Source of the DNA: a virus
Lineage: Duplodnaviria > Caudoviricetes
Strand: one strand, 5' to 3'
IMG/VR virus record: IMGVR_UViG_3300030331_004412
Location: 1 to 56,692 of that record
DNA length: 56,692 nt
Shown here piece by piece: positions 9,352 through 18,970 of the stretch. Position 1 is the stretch's first letter, and every line of letters begins with the position of its first letter. The notes beneath the pieces were generated by a model. The model had not been told where the DNA came from. It was given only the letters and a program-made list of their open reading frames with translations, and did no database searches. Position numbers and translations under genes: made by a program.

Positions 9352-9363
9352 CTCCTTTTAGAA

Positions 9364-9720
9364 ATGCCTTTCAAAGACCCTCGGGCTCGTAAGGCATACA
9401 ATAAAGCTTATCAAAAAAAGCATTACAAAGAGAACAAAGACTATTACAAAGCCAAAGCTTTGTTGTCTAAATCAGAACAACGAAAATGGAATAGAGAGTT
9501 TGTCAATAGGGTAAAGAAAATGTTTGGATGCATAGACTGTGGTGAATCCAATGTTGTTGTCCTAGAGTTTGATCACGTCAAAGGTGAAAAGATTGCGAAC
9601 ATAGCAAACATGGTTCACCGCCCTCACAGCATAAGCGCGATCAAAAAAGAAATGAGAAAGTGTGAGATTAGATGTGCAAACTGCCATCGAATCAAAACAC
9701 ACGAAAGAAGAAAAAATTAA
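9364..9720 (+). CDS. HNH endonuclease
   Basis: CIDCG...LEFDHV...KCEIRCANCHR. Confidence 0.85.
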   Translation: MPFKDPRARKAYNKAYQKKHYKENKDYYKAKALLSKSEQRKWNREFVNRVKKMFGCIDCGESNVVVLEFDHVKGEKIANIANMVHRPHSISAIKKEMRKCEIRCANCHRIKTHERRKN

Positions 9721-9797
9721 GCGCGAGTAGCATAACTGGATAATGCACAAACCTTCTAAGTTTGTTATTGGGGGTTCGAGTCCCTCCTCGCGTACCA
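9721..9797 (+). tRNA. tRNA-Arg (anticodon UCU)
   Basis: Cloverleaf: acceptor GCGCGAG/CTCGCGT, D stem GCAT/ATGC, anticodon stem CAAAC/GTTTG with loop CTTCTAA, T arm GGGGG-TTCGAGT-CCCTC, encoded CCA. Confidence 0.93.
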
Positions 9798-9809
9798 ATT
9801 TATTGAAGC

Positions 9810-9941
9810 ATGGCTAAGATTCAAATCAGCACTTACAAGAAGAAGACTGTGCGCCGTAAGGGCGTTCACGCTAAGACTAAGCAGTCAAAAAACAAGAACT
9901 CCAAGAACTACAAAAAGCCGTATGCTTCTCAGGGTCGATGA
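9810..9941 (+). CDS. 43-aa highly basic micro-protein (not in ORF track)
   Basis: MAKIQISTYKKKTVRRKGVHAKTKQSKNKNSKNYKKPYASQGR; ATGA-coupled to TerL. Confidence 0.6.
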   Translation: MAKIQISTYKKKTVRRKGVHAKTKQSKNKNSKNYKKPYASQGR

Positions 9942-12061
9942 GCGGTCTTGTAAAAATAAAAGGTTATAATGAGCTTGCTATCTCAATTTGCCCCAAGGGT
10001 ACGCAGGGTGAGATTGTTGAGCTTGGTGGGCTGGTCATTGTTCTTCCCGCTGTCCCTCCCAAGAAACAAATACAGGGATATGGAAAACCAAAGGACATGC
10101 AAATGTGGGAGAGGGTTTCTATGCCCGAGGAGCTGTCTAGGATTAAGTCTATGGATGAGTGGGGGGAGATGCCACGGGAGTTTCGAGAAAAGTTTTCTTC
10201 GTATATCGAGGAGGAGTTTCGGCGTCGGCGTGAAGGGTTTTGGTTTTTTCGGAATGGTGAGCCTACATATATTACAGGGAGGCACTACATGATGCTTCAA
10301 TGGACTCGGATGGACATAGGTTATCCGAGCTTTCTTTTGTTCCAAAGGGATATTTTCTTACATTTAGCTGCGTGTGAGGCGGACCCCCGATGTATCGGGC
10401 AGCTATACACTAAGTGCAGACGAAGCGGGTACACGAATATCTGCTCGTCTGTGCTTTTAGATGAAGCGACACAAGTCAAGGACAAGCTTCTTGGCATCCA
10501 GTCTAAGACTGGTAAGGACGCTCAAGAAAATATATTCATGAAGAAGGTGGTCTACATGTTTAGACACTACCCCTTCTTCTTTAAACCTATTCAGGATGGA
10601 ACAACCAATCCGCGCATGGAGCTGGCTTTTCGCGAGCCGTCTAAGAGAATCACGAAGAACAATAAGACTACGCAGACGGGCGAGGCTCTTAATACGGTCA
10701 TAAACTGGAAGAACACCACCAACAATGCATACGACGGAGAGAAGCTCCACTTAATGTATCTCGATGAAGCTGGTAAGTGGGAGAGGCCAACAGACATTCG
10801 AGATGCTTGGCGTATTCAACGAACCTGTTTGATTGTTGGTAGAAAGATTGTAGGGAAGGCTTTGGTTGGCAGCACGGTCAACCCCATGGACAAGGGTGGA
10901 AAGGAGTACAAGGATCTCTGGCGTGACTCTGATCCAAATGAAAGGAATGCAAACGGAAGAACTCGCAGCGGCCTCTATCGCTTGTTTATCCCATCCTTCC
11001 ATTCTCTAGAAGGATTTTTTGATGTGTTCGGAAGCCCCGTTGTTGACGACCCAGAATCTATCATTGACGGAATTGACGGGGAGCAAATCTATATGGGAGC
11101 TAGATCCTATCTCAAGAACGAGAGAGATAGCTTGAAGCACGATGCCAGCGAGCTTAATGAGGTTACTCGTCAGTTTCCTTTTACTGAGGATGAAGCCTTT
11201 CGAGACAGTGTTGATGGCAGTTTGTTCAATGTCGGCCAGATATATGAGCAAGTTCAATACAACGACGAGCTTTTCCCAAACCCTATTGTGGTTGGCAATC
11301 TTGTTTGGAAAGGTGGCGAACAAGATACCGAGGTGGTTTTTAAACCAGACCCGAATGGTAGGTTTCGTGTAGCTTGGATGCCGCCCCCAGAATTAAGAAA
11401 CCAAAACAAAACAGAAAGGGGTAAACGCATTGCACCAAATGCAGAGCTGGGGGTAGGCGGGGTTGACTCCTACGACCTTGATGCCACCGTCGATGGACGG
11501 GGGTCGAAGGGAGCGCTACACCTGTACAACAAGTTTCATATGGAGCATCCTTCCAGCATGTTTGTTTTGGAGTATGCGTCCCGTCCGCCTCTGGCCAAAA
11601 TCTTTTATGAAGACTGTCTGATGGCCGCTGTTTTCTACGGTTACCCACTGTTAATCGAAAACAACAAGTACGGTATCGCAAGATACTTTGAGACAAGGGG
11701 TTACGATGGTTACCTAATGAACAGACCCTCTCATTTGTCTGCACCTAACGCCAAGGTAAACGTTAAAACAAAGGGTATCCCGTCAAACTCTCAAGAGGTT
11801 ATACAGGCTCACGCTCATGCCATTGAAGCTTACATCCACGATCATGTAGGCATCAATAGAGATACGGGAGAGTATGGGAAGATGTACTTTAACAGAACTC
11901 TAGAGGATTGGATTGGATTTAAAATTGACAACAGAACCAAGTTTGACCTTTCAATAAGTTCTGGTTTGTGCCTGCTTGCAGCGCAAAAAGCAAAGGTTAA
12001 AAAGAGGGAGTCTAACTTCCATGAAGCCAAGTTTTTTCGCCGCTATAAGCCCATAGGCTAA
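9938..12061 (+). CDS. terL: Terminase large subunit (crAss-like type)
   Basis: KCRRSGYT Walker A variant, MYLDEAGKW Walker B, RQFP..EDEAF, GVDSYD nuclease motif, LIENNK. Confidence 0.9.
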   Translation: MSGLVKIKGYNELAISICPKGTQGEIVELGGLVIVLPAVPPKKQIQGYGKPKDMQMWERVSMPEELSRIKSMDEWGEMPREFREKFSSYIEEEFRRRREGFWFFRNGEPTYITGRHYMMLQWTRMDIGYPSFLLFQRDIFLHLAACEADPRCIGQLYTKCRRSGYTNICSSVLLDEATQVKDKLLGIQSKTGKDAQENIFMKKVVYMFRHYPFFFKPIQDGTTNPRMELAFREPSKRITKNNKTTQTGEALNTVINWKNTTNNAYDGEKLHLMYLDEAGKWERPTDIRDAWRIQRTCLIVGRKIVGKALVGSTVNPMDKGGKEYKDLWRDSDPNERNANGRTRSGLYRLFIPSFHSLEGFFDVFGSPVVDDPESIIDGIDGEQIYMGARSYLKNERDSLKHDASELNEVTRQFPFTEDEAFRDSVDGSLFNVGQIYEQVQYNDELFPNPIVVGNLVWKGGEQDTEVVFKPDPNGRFRVAWMPPPELRNQNKTERGKRIAPNAELGVGGVDSYDLDATVDGRGSKGALHLYNKFHMEHPSSMFVLEYASRPPLAKIFYEDCLMAAVFYGYPLLIENNKYGIARYFETRGYDGYLMNRPSHLSAPNAKVNVKTKGIPSNSQEVIQAHAHAIEAYIHDHVGINRDTGEYGKMYFNRTLEDWIGFKIDNRTKFDLSISSGLCLLAAQKAKVKKRESNFHEAKFFRRYKPIG

Positions 12062-12066
12062 TTTCT

Positions 12067-12074
12067 TATATTTG
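12067..12074 (+). promoter_or_regulatory. Bacteroidota -7 promoter element (TATATTTG)
   Basis: TAnnTTTG between terL and portal; TATATTTGCACAAA is identical at 18543. Confidence 0.6.
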
Positions 12075-12094
12075 CACAAAATGCGTCTCTTGTA

Positions 12095-14533
12095 ATGCAC
12101 TCATCATACTCAAAAGGATCAAGCAACTTTCCAGACCCCTTGGTTTCGCAGCAAGAGAAAAGCTCTTATGCGTACGGCAAGCAATATGCGAAAGCCATTG
12201 AAAAGCAATGGGGGAGCCTTGACAACACCTCTTCTATTTTAAAAGAGAGAAACAAAACATTTGACCGCAACCGTGAGTACGCAAACGGAACTCAGGACAC
12301 TACTATTTACAAACAGATCCTGACAAACCTAGATCCAAACAACGCCGATGGCAGTTTGGTAAATATTGACTACACCCCAGTTCCCATCCTTCCGAAGTTT
12401 GCCAAGATTGTTGCAAACAAAATTCTTTCTAGAGACCCGTATCCAAACCTAGAGGCGATTGACCCCCTGTCTATTTCTGAAAAGCAGAAAAAGAAAAACA
12501 GGATTAAAAATCAAGTTGCCCTCAGAGATAAGCTTCTTAAGCTGAAAGAGGTTACTGGGGGTGCCGTTATTGCTGACGATCCAGAAACATTGCCCGAGAC
12601 TCCAGAGGAGGCGGAAATTCTCATGGACACAAATGTTAAGACTGACGCAGAGATTGCTGCTCAGATTGGCACGAACCTTACTCTGTCTTGGAACAACTTC
12701 AACGACAACATCTTTCGTCGTGTAGTTAACGATTTGGTTTCTTGCGGGATGGGGGTTGTGAAAAGAAGTAACGATCCAAACTACGGAATCAAAGAGGAGT
12801 ATGTAGACCCCATGAAGTTTGTCCACAGTTACACTGAGGACCCCTCCATGGATGACCTTTCTTATGCTGGGAACATTCGTAGCGTTACCATTGCCGAGCT
12901 GAAAAGAATAGCTGGGGATGAGCTTTCTGAAGAGGACTTTGAAAAGATTGCCAAGAGAAGCAAAGACTCTGCTTCAAGAATGCACCAGCAAAGATATCAG
13001 TACACTTCGGGCAAGGGTCCTAATGACTACGACCACTACATGGTTGACATTTTGGACTTTGAGTTCTTGTCTGTTGACTGCATGTTTTTTGAGGACAAAG
13101 AAAACAAGTACGGAAACAGAAATTTCTTTTACCAAGGCTTTCAGTACAAGGAAAAGAAAAATTCAGTGTATGAAAGATCTCCGTCTAAGATGGAGATTGC
13201 TACAGTGTATGGTGGCATTTACATCATGGGGTGTGACATGCTCATCGACTATGGCCTGAAAACAAACATCCCTAGAAACGTTCACGACCTGTCTCGTGCT
13301 AGACTCTCCTATTCTGCGATTGCAACAAACATTCGTAGAATGATGCCGAAGTCTCTCATTGACAGCTGCATTGGTTTTGCAGATATGCTTCAGATTACTC
13401 ATCTCAAGCTTCAGCAAGCTATTGCAAAGGCAAAGCCTGACGGCTTGATCATTGACATCGAGGGATTAGAAAACGTACAGCTTGGAAAGGGTGGGGACCT
13501 CCAGCCTCTTGAGCTTCACGATATCTACGAGCAAACGGGTGTCTTCTATTACAGAAGCAAAAACCCAGAGGGTGGTTTTCAGAACCCCCCTGTTCGTACG
13601 ATTGACAATCATATCAGAAACATTAATGAACTTGTTTCTCTGTACAACCACTACCTCAGAATGATCCGTGACGCCACGGGCATCAACGAGATGATGGACG
13701 GTACAACCCCGAAGGGTGAGACACTTGTCGGTGTTCAGCAGAATGCCATCGCGGCTGGCAATAACGCCATCTACGATATCACACACTCTGCTATGGTTCT
13801 GTATAAGAAGGTTTGCGAAGACGTAGTAAAATGTCTTCAGATCCTTCCACCAGAATCTGTTATTTATTCTGCGTACAAGAACGCAATCGGTGAAGCAAAC
13901 ATGGGGGTCCTCAGTTCTTTTTCAGACTTGCCCATGTTCAACTTTGGCGTCAGGGTGGTGAAAGAGATGGAGGACAAAGACCGCATGTACTTGGAGCAAA
14001 ACATTCAGATGTCCATCTCACAAAAAGAACTGGACATTGAAGATGCGATTGCGATCAGAAACATGAAAGACGTAAATCAGGCTGAAAGACTTCTTGTAGT
14101 GCGCAGAGCAAAGCGCATGAAAAAAATGCAAGAGATGGCCATGATGAACTCTCAGCAACAAGCTCAGATTCAACAACAGTCCGCCATTGCATCTGCTCAG
14201 ATGAAACAGCAGGAGTCTCAGCTTCAGGCTCAGATTGACATGCAGATGTTACAGGCTAAGAATCAATTTGAGATTCAACGAATGCAGCTTGAGCATGAGA
14301 TGCGTAAAGAAATAGAGCTTATCAGGGCTCAGGCAACTCTTGGTTTTAGAACTGAAGAGCAGGAGTTTAAAGAAAAGCTTGAGGTTCTCAAAGAGGACAG
14401 AAAAGACAAGCGAGTTAAAAAGCAGGCAGTAGAGCAGTCTAAGCTTATCTCTCAAAGACAAGAGCGCGGACCTGTTTTGGTTGAAGAAGAGTCCCCCGTT
14501 CAAATTGTAAACAGCTTCGGCGATGGCCAGTAA
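12095..14533 (+). CDS. Portal protein
   Basis: 812 aa directly after terL; PVPILPKF, ATGINE..DG motif, Q-rich coiled-coil C-terminus as in crAss-like portals. Confidence 0.85.
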   Translation: MHSSYSKGSSNFPDPLVSQQEKSSYAYGKQYAKAIEKQWGSLDNTSSILKERNKTFDRNREYANGTQDTTIYKQILTNLDPNNADGSLVNIDYTPVPILPKFAKIVANKILSRDPYPNLEAIDPLSISEKQKKKNRIKNQVALRDKLLKLKEVTGGAVIADDPETLPETPEEAEILMDTNVKTDAEIAAQIGTNLTLSWNNFNDNIFRRVVNDLVSCGMGVVKRSNDPNYGIKEEYVDPMKFVHSYTEDPSMDDLSYAGNIRSVTIAELKRIAGDELSEEDFEKIAKRSKDSASRMHQQRYQYTSGKGPNDYDHYMVDILDFEFLSVDCMFFEDKENKYGNRNFFYQGFQYKEKKNSVYERSPSKMEIATVYGGIYIMGCDMLIDYGLKTNIPRNVHDLSRARLSYSAIATNIRRMMPKSLIDSCIGFADMLQITHLKLQQAIAKAKPDGLIIDIEGLENVQLGKGGDLQPLELHDIYEQTGVFYYRSKNPEGGFQNPPVRTIDNHIRNINELVSLYNHYLRMIRDATGINEMMDGTTPKGETLVGVQQNAIAAGNNAIYDITHSAMVLYKKVCEDVVKCLQILPPESVIYSAYKNAIGEANMGVLSSFSDLPMFNFGVRVVKEMEDKDRMYLEQNIQMSISQKELDIEDAIAIRNMKDVNQAERLLVVRRAKRMKKMQEMAMMNSQQQAQIQQQSAIASAQMKQQESQLQAQIDMQMLQAKNQFEIQRMQLEHEMRKEIELIRAQATLGFRTEEQEFKEKLEVLKEDRKDKRVKKQAVEQSKLISQRQERGPVLVEEESPVQIVNSFGDGQ

Positions 14534-14960
14534 AGTAAATCTAGATCAGTCTACGCGACTTGATATTACATGCAAAAGAGGAGACACCTTCTCTCTGACG
14601 GTTACACTCAAGGACTCTGCAGGCACAGCCTTGCCGTTGTCTACAGATAATTACAGATTTCTTGTTCAGGTAAGAGAAGACCTTGACGAGTTTCAAACTG
14701 GCAAAGGCTCTTTGATTTTGGGGACTAGCGACATTGGCATCAAGGCCACCAACAACTTTGAACCAGTCTCTGTCGATGACAGTGGAAACGCAACCATCGA
14801 AGCATCTGCCCTCACTATGCGCTCAATCGCATCGGGTAAATATTCTTATGACATCCAGTACATTAAGCCAGCTACCGCTGGAGGACTGGACACACACAGA
14901 ACGATTCTGTTTGGCTCGTTTGTTGTGAACGAAGACATCTCTGAAGCTGTCGAAGGATAA
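14523..14960 (+). CDS. Putative virion adaptor, BppU-N-like Ig fold
   Basis: DI...RGDTF.L.V....Y.YDIQ....T...G.F.V pattern; precedes the fibre gene. Confidence 0.55.
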   Translation: MASKVNLDQSTRLDITCKRGDTFSLTVTLKDSAGTALPLSTDNYRFLVQVREDLDEFQTGKGSLILGTSDIGIKATNNFEPVSVDDSGNATIEASALTMRSIASGKYSYDIQYIKPATAGGLDTHRTILFGSFVVNEDISEAVEG

Positions 14961-16828
14961 TGAGCGAGATCACTGTATCGGTTCAAGACTCTACGTCTGT
15001 AGATGTCAACGTTGAAGCCTCTACTTCTGTCACTGTAAACAGTGTTCCTGTTGGCTCTGTTGCTGTAACGGAAAAAGGTCCGAAAGGAGACACTGGTGCC
15101 ACGGGGGCTACAGGCGCAACGGGTGCAACGGGTGCAACGGGTGCAGCTGGTGCCGATGGAAAATCCTATGGCATATCATGTGTTGACGGAGACAACTCTG
15201 ACGAAGAGAAAATTAGGCTCACAGACAATGAAGGCACGACAGATGACGTAGTGCTAGAGGCTGGTACTGGCCTGTCTATTGCTAGGTCTGGTGACAAGAT
15301 TACATTCACCAACACCGTAACTGATACTGACACTGTATTGACCTCAGAGCAGGTTCAAGACATCGTCGGGGCTATGTTTAGCGGCAATACGGAGACGAGA
15401 ATATCTGTTACCTACGAAGATTCCGATGGCACCATTGACCTTGTGGTCGATGATATGACAGCTGACACACAGCTTACCACAGAGCAAGTTCAAGATATTG
15501 TGGGTGCGATGTTTAGTGGGAATACAGAAACAAGAATTTCTGCCACTTATGAGGACGGCGACGGCACGATTGATCTTGTTGTTGACGCCATTCCTGTAGA
15601 CCTTACGTCTGACGGGGCTGGTACAATTCACGCAAACAATGTTCCCACCCTTAACCAAAACACTACTGGTAATGCTGCAACAGCTACAGCACTCGAAACT
15701 TCGAGAACTATTAATGGAGTAGCTTTTGATGGCACAGCAAACATTACTGTAACTGCGGCTGGGTCTACGCTATCTGATACAGTTCCTGTTTCAAAGGGGG
15801 GAACGGGGGCTACTACTTTTACATCAAACGCTATTCTTACTGGCAATGGCACTTCTGCCGTTCAGGCTGAGTCTGGATTGACGTTTAATAACAACACGTT
15901 AATCATAGACTCCTTTACTTCGGCTAAGCCAATTTTGATATTGAACAACACCAACAGTGATGCTGAAGCCCCTGAGTTGCAGTTCACAAAGGGGACTGTT
16001 GGAGCGGACGAAGATGACCTTGGCAAGATAAGCTTTCAAGGATTTGACGGTGGCGGCGATGAGCACACCTTTGCTCAGGTTCTTGGTGAGATTGCGGAGT
16101 CTGACGCTGGTAGCGAGGAGGGAAGGATGACATTGAAGGTGGCTAGCCATGACGGCGAGCTGCAGGCTGGCTTAATTATTGCCAGTGGCAACGTTGAAGA
16201 TGAGGTAGATGTTACGATTGCCAATGGGACAGGATCTGTAACTACTGTAAGCGGTGGTCTTTCTGTAACAGGAGACATTGTTGGTAGCGGTTCTTATAGA
16301 ATTGGAGGTCACGATATTAATGACATAGATCTAGCTGGTGAATTTGTAGACTCTGATGAACACCTGATGACATCAGCAGCCATCAATGATCGCATCGCAG
16401 CGCTTAGTGGTTCTGATGGCTGGCATGGTTCAACGACAAGAGTTAAGCTGCTGCCAAGGGACTTTATCTCTGATGATGGTGGTAGGCCCCTTATGATAGA
16501 TGATACTGGCAGTGGCTCTAACCAATTTTTTTTAGAATCAAATGCCTCTTTTACTGCATACGCTTCTATAGAAATACCAACAGGCTTTAAGGCAACACAT
16601 GTTAAAGTAAATGGTACTGCTCCAATAGGACAACCTTTAGATGCTATTGAAGTCTTTGAGATGCAAATTGACTCTAAGACAGGAGTGAGCAAGGGTACGG
16701 GGAACGTAAATACAGAGATTGATATAACAGATGTCACCAGCAGCACAACAAATTATTTACTTATAAATGTTGACAATACTTCTGGGCACGCGATTCACGG
16801 TGGTTACGTAACAATAGCAGCAGTATAA
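14960..16828 (+). CDS. Tail fibre protein with collagen-like and tandem repeats
   Basis: GPKGDTGATGAT collagen run; duplicated ~38-aa block; RTINGVAFDGTANIT and VPVSKGGTGAT fibre motifs. Confidence 0.75.
   Translation: MSEITVSVQDSTSVDVNVEASTSVTVNSVPVGSVAVTEKGPKGDTGATGATGATGATGATGAAGADGKSYGISCVDGDNSDEEKIRLTDNEGTTDDVVLEAGTGLSIARSGDKITFTNTVTDTDTVLTSEQVQDIVGAMFSGNTETRISVTYEDSDGTIDLVVDDMTADTQLTTEQVQDIVGAMFSGNTETRISATYEDGDGTIDLVVDAIPVDLTSDGAGTIHANNVPTLNQNTTGNAATATALETSRTINGVAFDGTANITVTAAGSTLSDTVPVSKGGTGATTFTSNAILTGNGTSAVQAESGLTFNNNTLIIDSFTSAKPILILNNTNSDAEAPELQFTKGTVGADEDDLGKISFQGFDGGGDEHTFAQVLGEIAESDAGSEEGRMTLKVASHDGELQAGLIIASGNVEDEVDVTIANGTGSVTTVSGGLSVTGDIVGSGSYRIGGHDINDIDLAGEFVDSDEHLMTSAAINDRIAALSGSDGWHGSTTRVKLLPRDFISDDGGRPLMIDDTGSGSNQFFLESNASFTAYASIEIPTGFKATHVKVNGTAPIGQPLDAIEVFEMQIDSKTGVSKGTGNVNTEIDITDVTSSTTNYLLINVDNTSGHAIHGGYVTIAAV
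15077..15160 (+). repeat. Collagen-like Gly-X-Y repeat (9-nt ggtgcaacg units)
   Basis: Encodes GPKGDTGATGATGATGATGATGAAGADG. Confidence 0.85.
15338..15586 (+). repeat. Intragenic direct duplication, period 135 nt
   Basis: LT.EQVQDIVGAMFSGNTETRIS.TYED.DGTIDLVVD at 15338 and 15473. Confidence 0.85.
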
Positions 16829-16829
16829 C

Positions 16830-17270
16830 ATGGCATTAAACACAAAAAAACACGAGTCAATTCACAACAAAACTGGGGATGACTTAGCACGTATCAAGGC
16901 AGACTTTGACAACGGCAAGCACCTTGACGTAATAGAGTTTGGCGCAGAGGCTGCAATTATATATCAAATGCAGAAGATGCAAGAGGAGCTTGATTACCTC
17001 AGAACTGAGATTGCATTAAACAAGGCCAAAACTGGGATTACGTCTAGTCAGGCAAGTGCCATCACAGCTAACACAGCTAAAACAAGCATGACCTTGGGGA
17101 CAACTAATAAAACAGCCTTGGCTGGGAATACCAAACTTGTGGGCATCGGAGCAAATACTACGCTGTCTTTTGGAGACGTACTTCAAGCCAGCAAGGGAGG
17201 CCCCTTTCAGATAACGATGACTGCTACTACAGGTCTCAACACAAAGTCAATAACTTTTACTCTTACGTAA
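16830..17270 (+). CDS. Hypothetical fibre-associated protein
   Basis: 146 aa; coiled coil plus GITSSQASAITANTAK fibre-like repeat. Confidence 0.6.
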   Translation: MALNTKKHESIHNKTGDDLARIKADFDNGKHLDVIEFGAEAAIIYQMQKMQEELDYLRTEIALNKAKTGITSSQASAITANTAKTSMTLGTTNKTALAGNTKLVGIGANTTLSFGDVLQASKGGPFQITMTATTGLNTKSITFTLT

Positions 17271-17274
17271 TGAT

Positions 17275-17282
17275 TATATTTG
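17275..17282 (+). promoter_or_regulatory. Bacteroidota -7 promoter element (TATATTTG)
   Basis: 4 nt before GTG 17287. Confidence 0.6.
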
Positions 17283-17286
17283 TGCT

Positions 17287-17592
17287 GTGAGCAAAGAAGG
17301 ATTGAGAAACAGAATCAAGCGCATGCTAAAAAAGCATGGGCTTTCTGGTGTAAACAAACCAAAGCGCACACCTAGCCATCCCAAGAAATCACACATCGTC
17401 CTTGCCAAGCAGGGAGATAGAGTAAAGCTGATTCGTTATGGACAGCAGGGAGCCAAGACAGCGGGTAAGCCAAAGGCAGGCGAAAGCGACCGCATGAAAA
17501 AAAAGAGAGCTAGCTTCAAGGCTAGACACAGAAAAAACATAGCCAAAGGCAAGATGAGTGCTGCTTTCTGGGCCAACAAATCAAAATGGTAA
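17287..17592 (+). CDS. Basic hypothetical phage protein
   Basis: Lys/Arg-rich; KLIRYGQQG...RASFKARH....SAAFWA...W pattern. Confidence 0.7.
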   Translation: MSKEGLRNRIKRMLKKHGLSGVNKPKRTPSHPKKSHIVLAKQGDRVKLIRYGQQGAKTAGKPKAGESDRMKKKRASFKARHRKNIAKGKMSAAFWANKSKW

Positions 17593-17596
17593 AATT

Positions 17597-17851
17597 ATGC
17601 CACAAGGAAAAGGTACATACGGAGATCAAGTAGGAAGACCACCCAAAGCACATAAGGGTATGAAGGTTGTTAAAAAGGGCGGCTCTGTCAAGCTTGAGTT
17701 TTTAAAAGGTAAAAAGTCGGTTGATGCACCAGATGGTTTTCACTGGATGCTTGACAAGGGGAGGTATTATCTTATGAAGGGTGAATACCAGCCACACTCA
17801 GGCGCTGTAAAGAAAGCTGAGTTCAGGCTTGTAAACCACCCAAAAGGATAA
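17597..17851 (+). CDS. Basic hypothetical protein
   Basis: MPQGKGTYG...APDGFHWM; start moved from 17558 to ATG 17597. Confidence 0.6.
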   Translation: MPQGKGTYGDQVGRPPKAHKGMKVVKKGGSVKLEFLKGKKSVDAPDGFHWMLDKGRYYLMKGEYQPHSGAVKKAEFRLVNHPKG

Positions 17852-18120
17852 TGGCTAAGACACCAGCACAACAAGCGGCTATTGCTATCGCCATGAAAAA
17901 AGCTGGCAAGAAACCAAAGTCAGCGAAGAAAGGGATGAAGTTCAACCCAAAGTACACACGCGGTAGCTCTGACGTAAGCAAAAGAAAACAGCTTATGTCT
18001 GAGATTGCTTCTATCTATAAAAAGCACAGGGGCACCAAAGACAAAAGAAAAAAGAAGGGCTTCCCTCCTGCAGTAGCTGCAAGACTAAAGAAGCTTATGA
18101 AACAACGTGATAAAATATAA
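17851..18120 (+). CDS. Lys-rich hypothetical protein
   Basis: 89 aa, TAATG-coupled. Confidence 0.6.
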   Translation: MAKTPAQQAAIAIAMKKAGKKPKSAKKGMKFNPKYTRGSSDVSKRKQLMSEIASIYKKHRGTKDKRKKKGFPPAVAARLKKLMKQRDKI

Positions 18121-18123
18121 AAT

Positions 18124-18339
18124 ATGCCTTATCATTCAAACAAAAAAAAGCCCAAGGTCATGATGATGGGCGGTAAACCAGTTATTAAAGCTATGGCTGG
18201 AGCTAATATGAAAAAGAAAGACATGCCCATGTTTATGTACGGGGGTAAGGTCTTTGCTGAAAAGGGGGCTATGCTCAAGGCCATCTTGAAAGATCCAGCA
18301 CAAGCAGCTATGGCCAGAAAAGAACTGGGAATGAAATGA
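18124..18339 (+). CDS. Lys/Met-rich hypothetical protein with repeated xxxGG motifs
   Basis: MMMGG, AMAGA, FMYGG, AEKGA. Confidence 0.6.
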   Translation: MPYHSNKKKPKVMMMGGKPVIKAMAGANMKKKDMPMFMYGGKVFAEKGAMLKAILKDPAQAAMARKELGMK

Positions 18340-18542
18340 AAATTTTAAAAAAGGGGGGTGGCATGTCGGGCCTCGACGCCGCTCAAAAGCAAGTCTACAA
18401 AAGAGGACTTGCTGCCTACATGAGCTCTGGCAACAGGCCAAAAGTATCTCAACATGCTTGGGCTATGGCTAGAGTAAAATCTGCTTTCGGGAAGCGCGAA
18501 GCGGCTAAGATTCGAGCAGGCAAAGGCAAAAAGAAAAAGTAA
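18336..18542 (+). CDS. Basic hypothetical protein
   Basis: QVYKRGLAAY.SSG.RP......WAMARV pattern. Confidence 0.65.
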   Translation: MKILKKGGGMSGLDAAQKQVYKRGLAAYMSSGNRPKVSQHAWAMARVKSAFGKREAAKIRAGKGKKKK

Positions 18543-18550
18543 TATATTTG
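18543..18550 (+). promoter_or_regulatory. Bacteroidota -7 promoter element (TATATTTG)
   Basis: Directly after the upstream stop, 24 nt before ATG 18575. Confidence 0.6.
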
Positions 18551-18574
18551 CACAAATAACTACTCGGAAAAACT

Positions 18575-18970
18575 ATGGCTACTACAACCGCATCCCTCAC
18601 GCTTTCTAGCGGAGATTTGACTGGCGATGCTCTTTCTTTGAGCACAAGCACCCAGCTTACAAAGGCTGGCACCGTGACAGGTCTTGACCAGACAACTGGC
18701 GTTGCTAGAAAAACATTTACAACCACAAGCATTCAGACGCTTATCGCAAAAGGAGACTTCTCTGACGATAAGGCTCACAAGGTGTACGTCAGAAACACAA
18801 GCACCACCGCAACAGAGAACCTCATTGTTACCATTGAGTCTCAGTTGTTGGGTAGACTTTACGCTGGTGACTTTATGTTCATCCCATTCAACGGGGACCA
18901 AGACATTAAAATTACCCCAAGTGTTGCTACAGCTATGACTGTAGAGTTCTTGGTTATTTACGAAGCGTAA
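18575..18970 (+). CDS. Small beta-rich putative virion protein
   Basis: 131 aa; KVYVRNT and RLYAGDFMFIP motifs; paralog of neighbour. Confidence 0.65.
   Translation: MATTTASLTLSSGDLTGDALSLSTSTQLTKAGTVTGLDQTTGVARKTFTTTSIQTLIAKGDFSDDKAHKVYVRNTSTTATENLIVTIESQLLGRLYAGDFMFIPFNGDQDIKITPSVATAMTVEFLVIYEA

Noticed and set aside
9721-9797. Amber suppressor tRNA (CUA) and TAG recoding as in some crAss-like phages
   Set aside because: The 7-nt loop CTTCTAA centres on TCT (Arg), and genes are long and intact in the standard code
15077-15586. CRISPR-like or DGR repeats
   Set aside because: Repeats are in-frame protein repeats with synonymous variation; no spacers, no reverse transcriptase, no adenine-specific mismatch pattern
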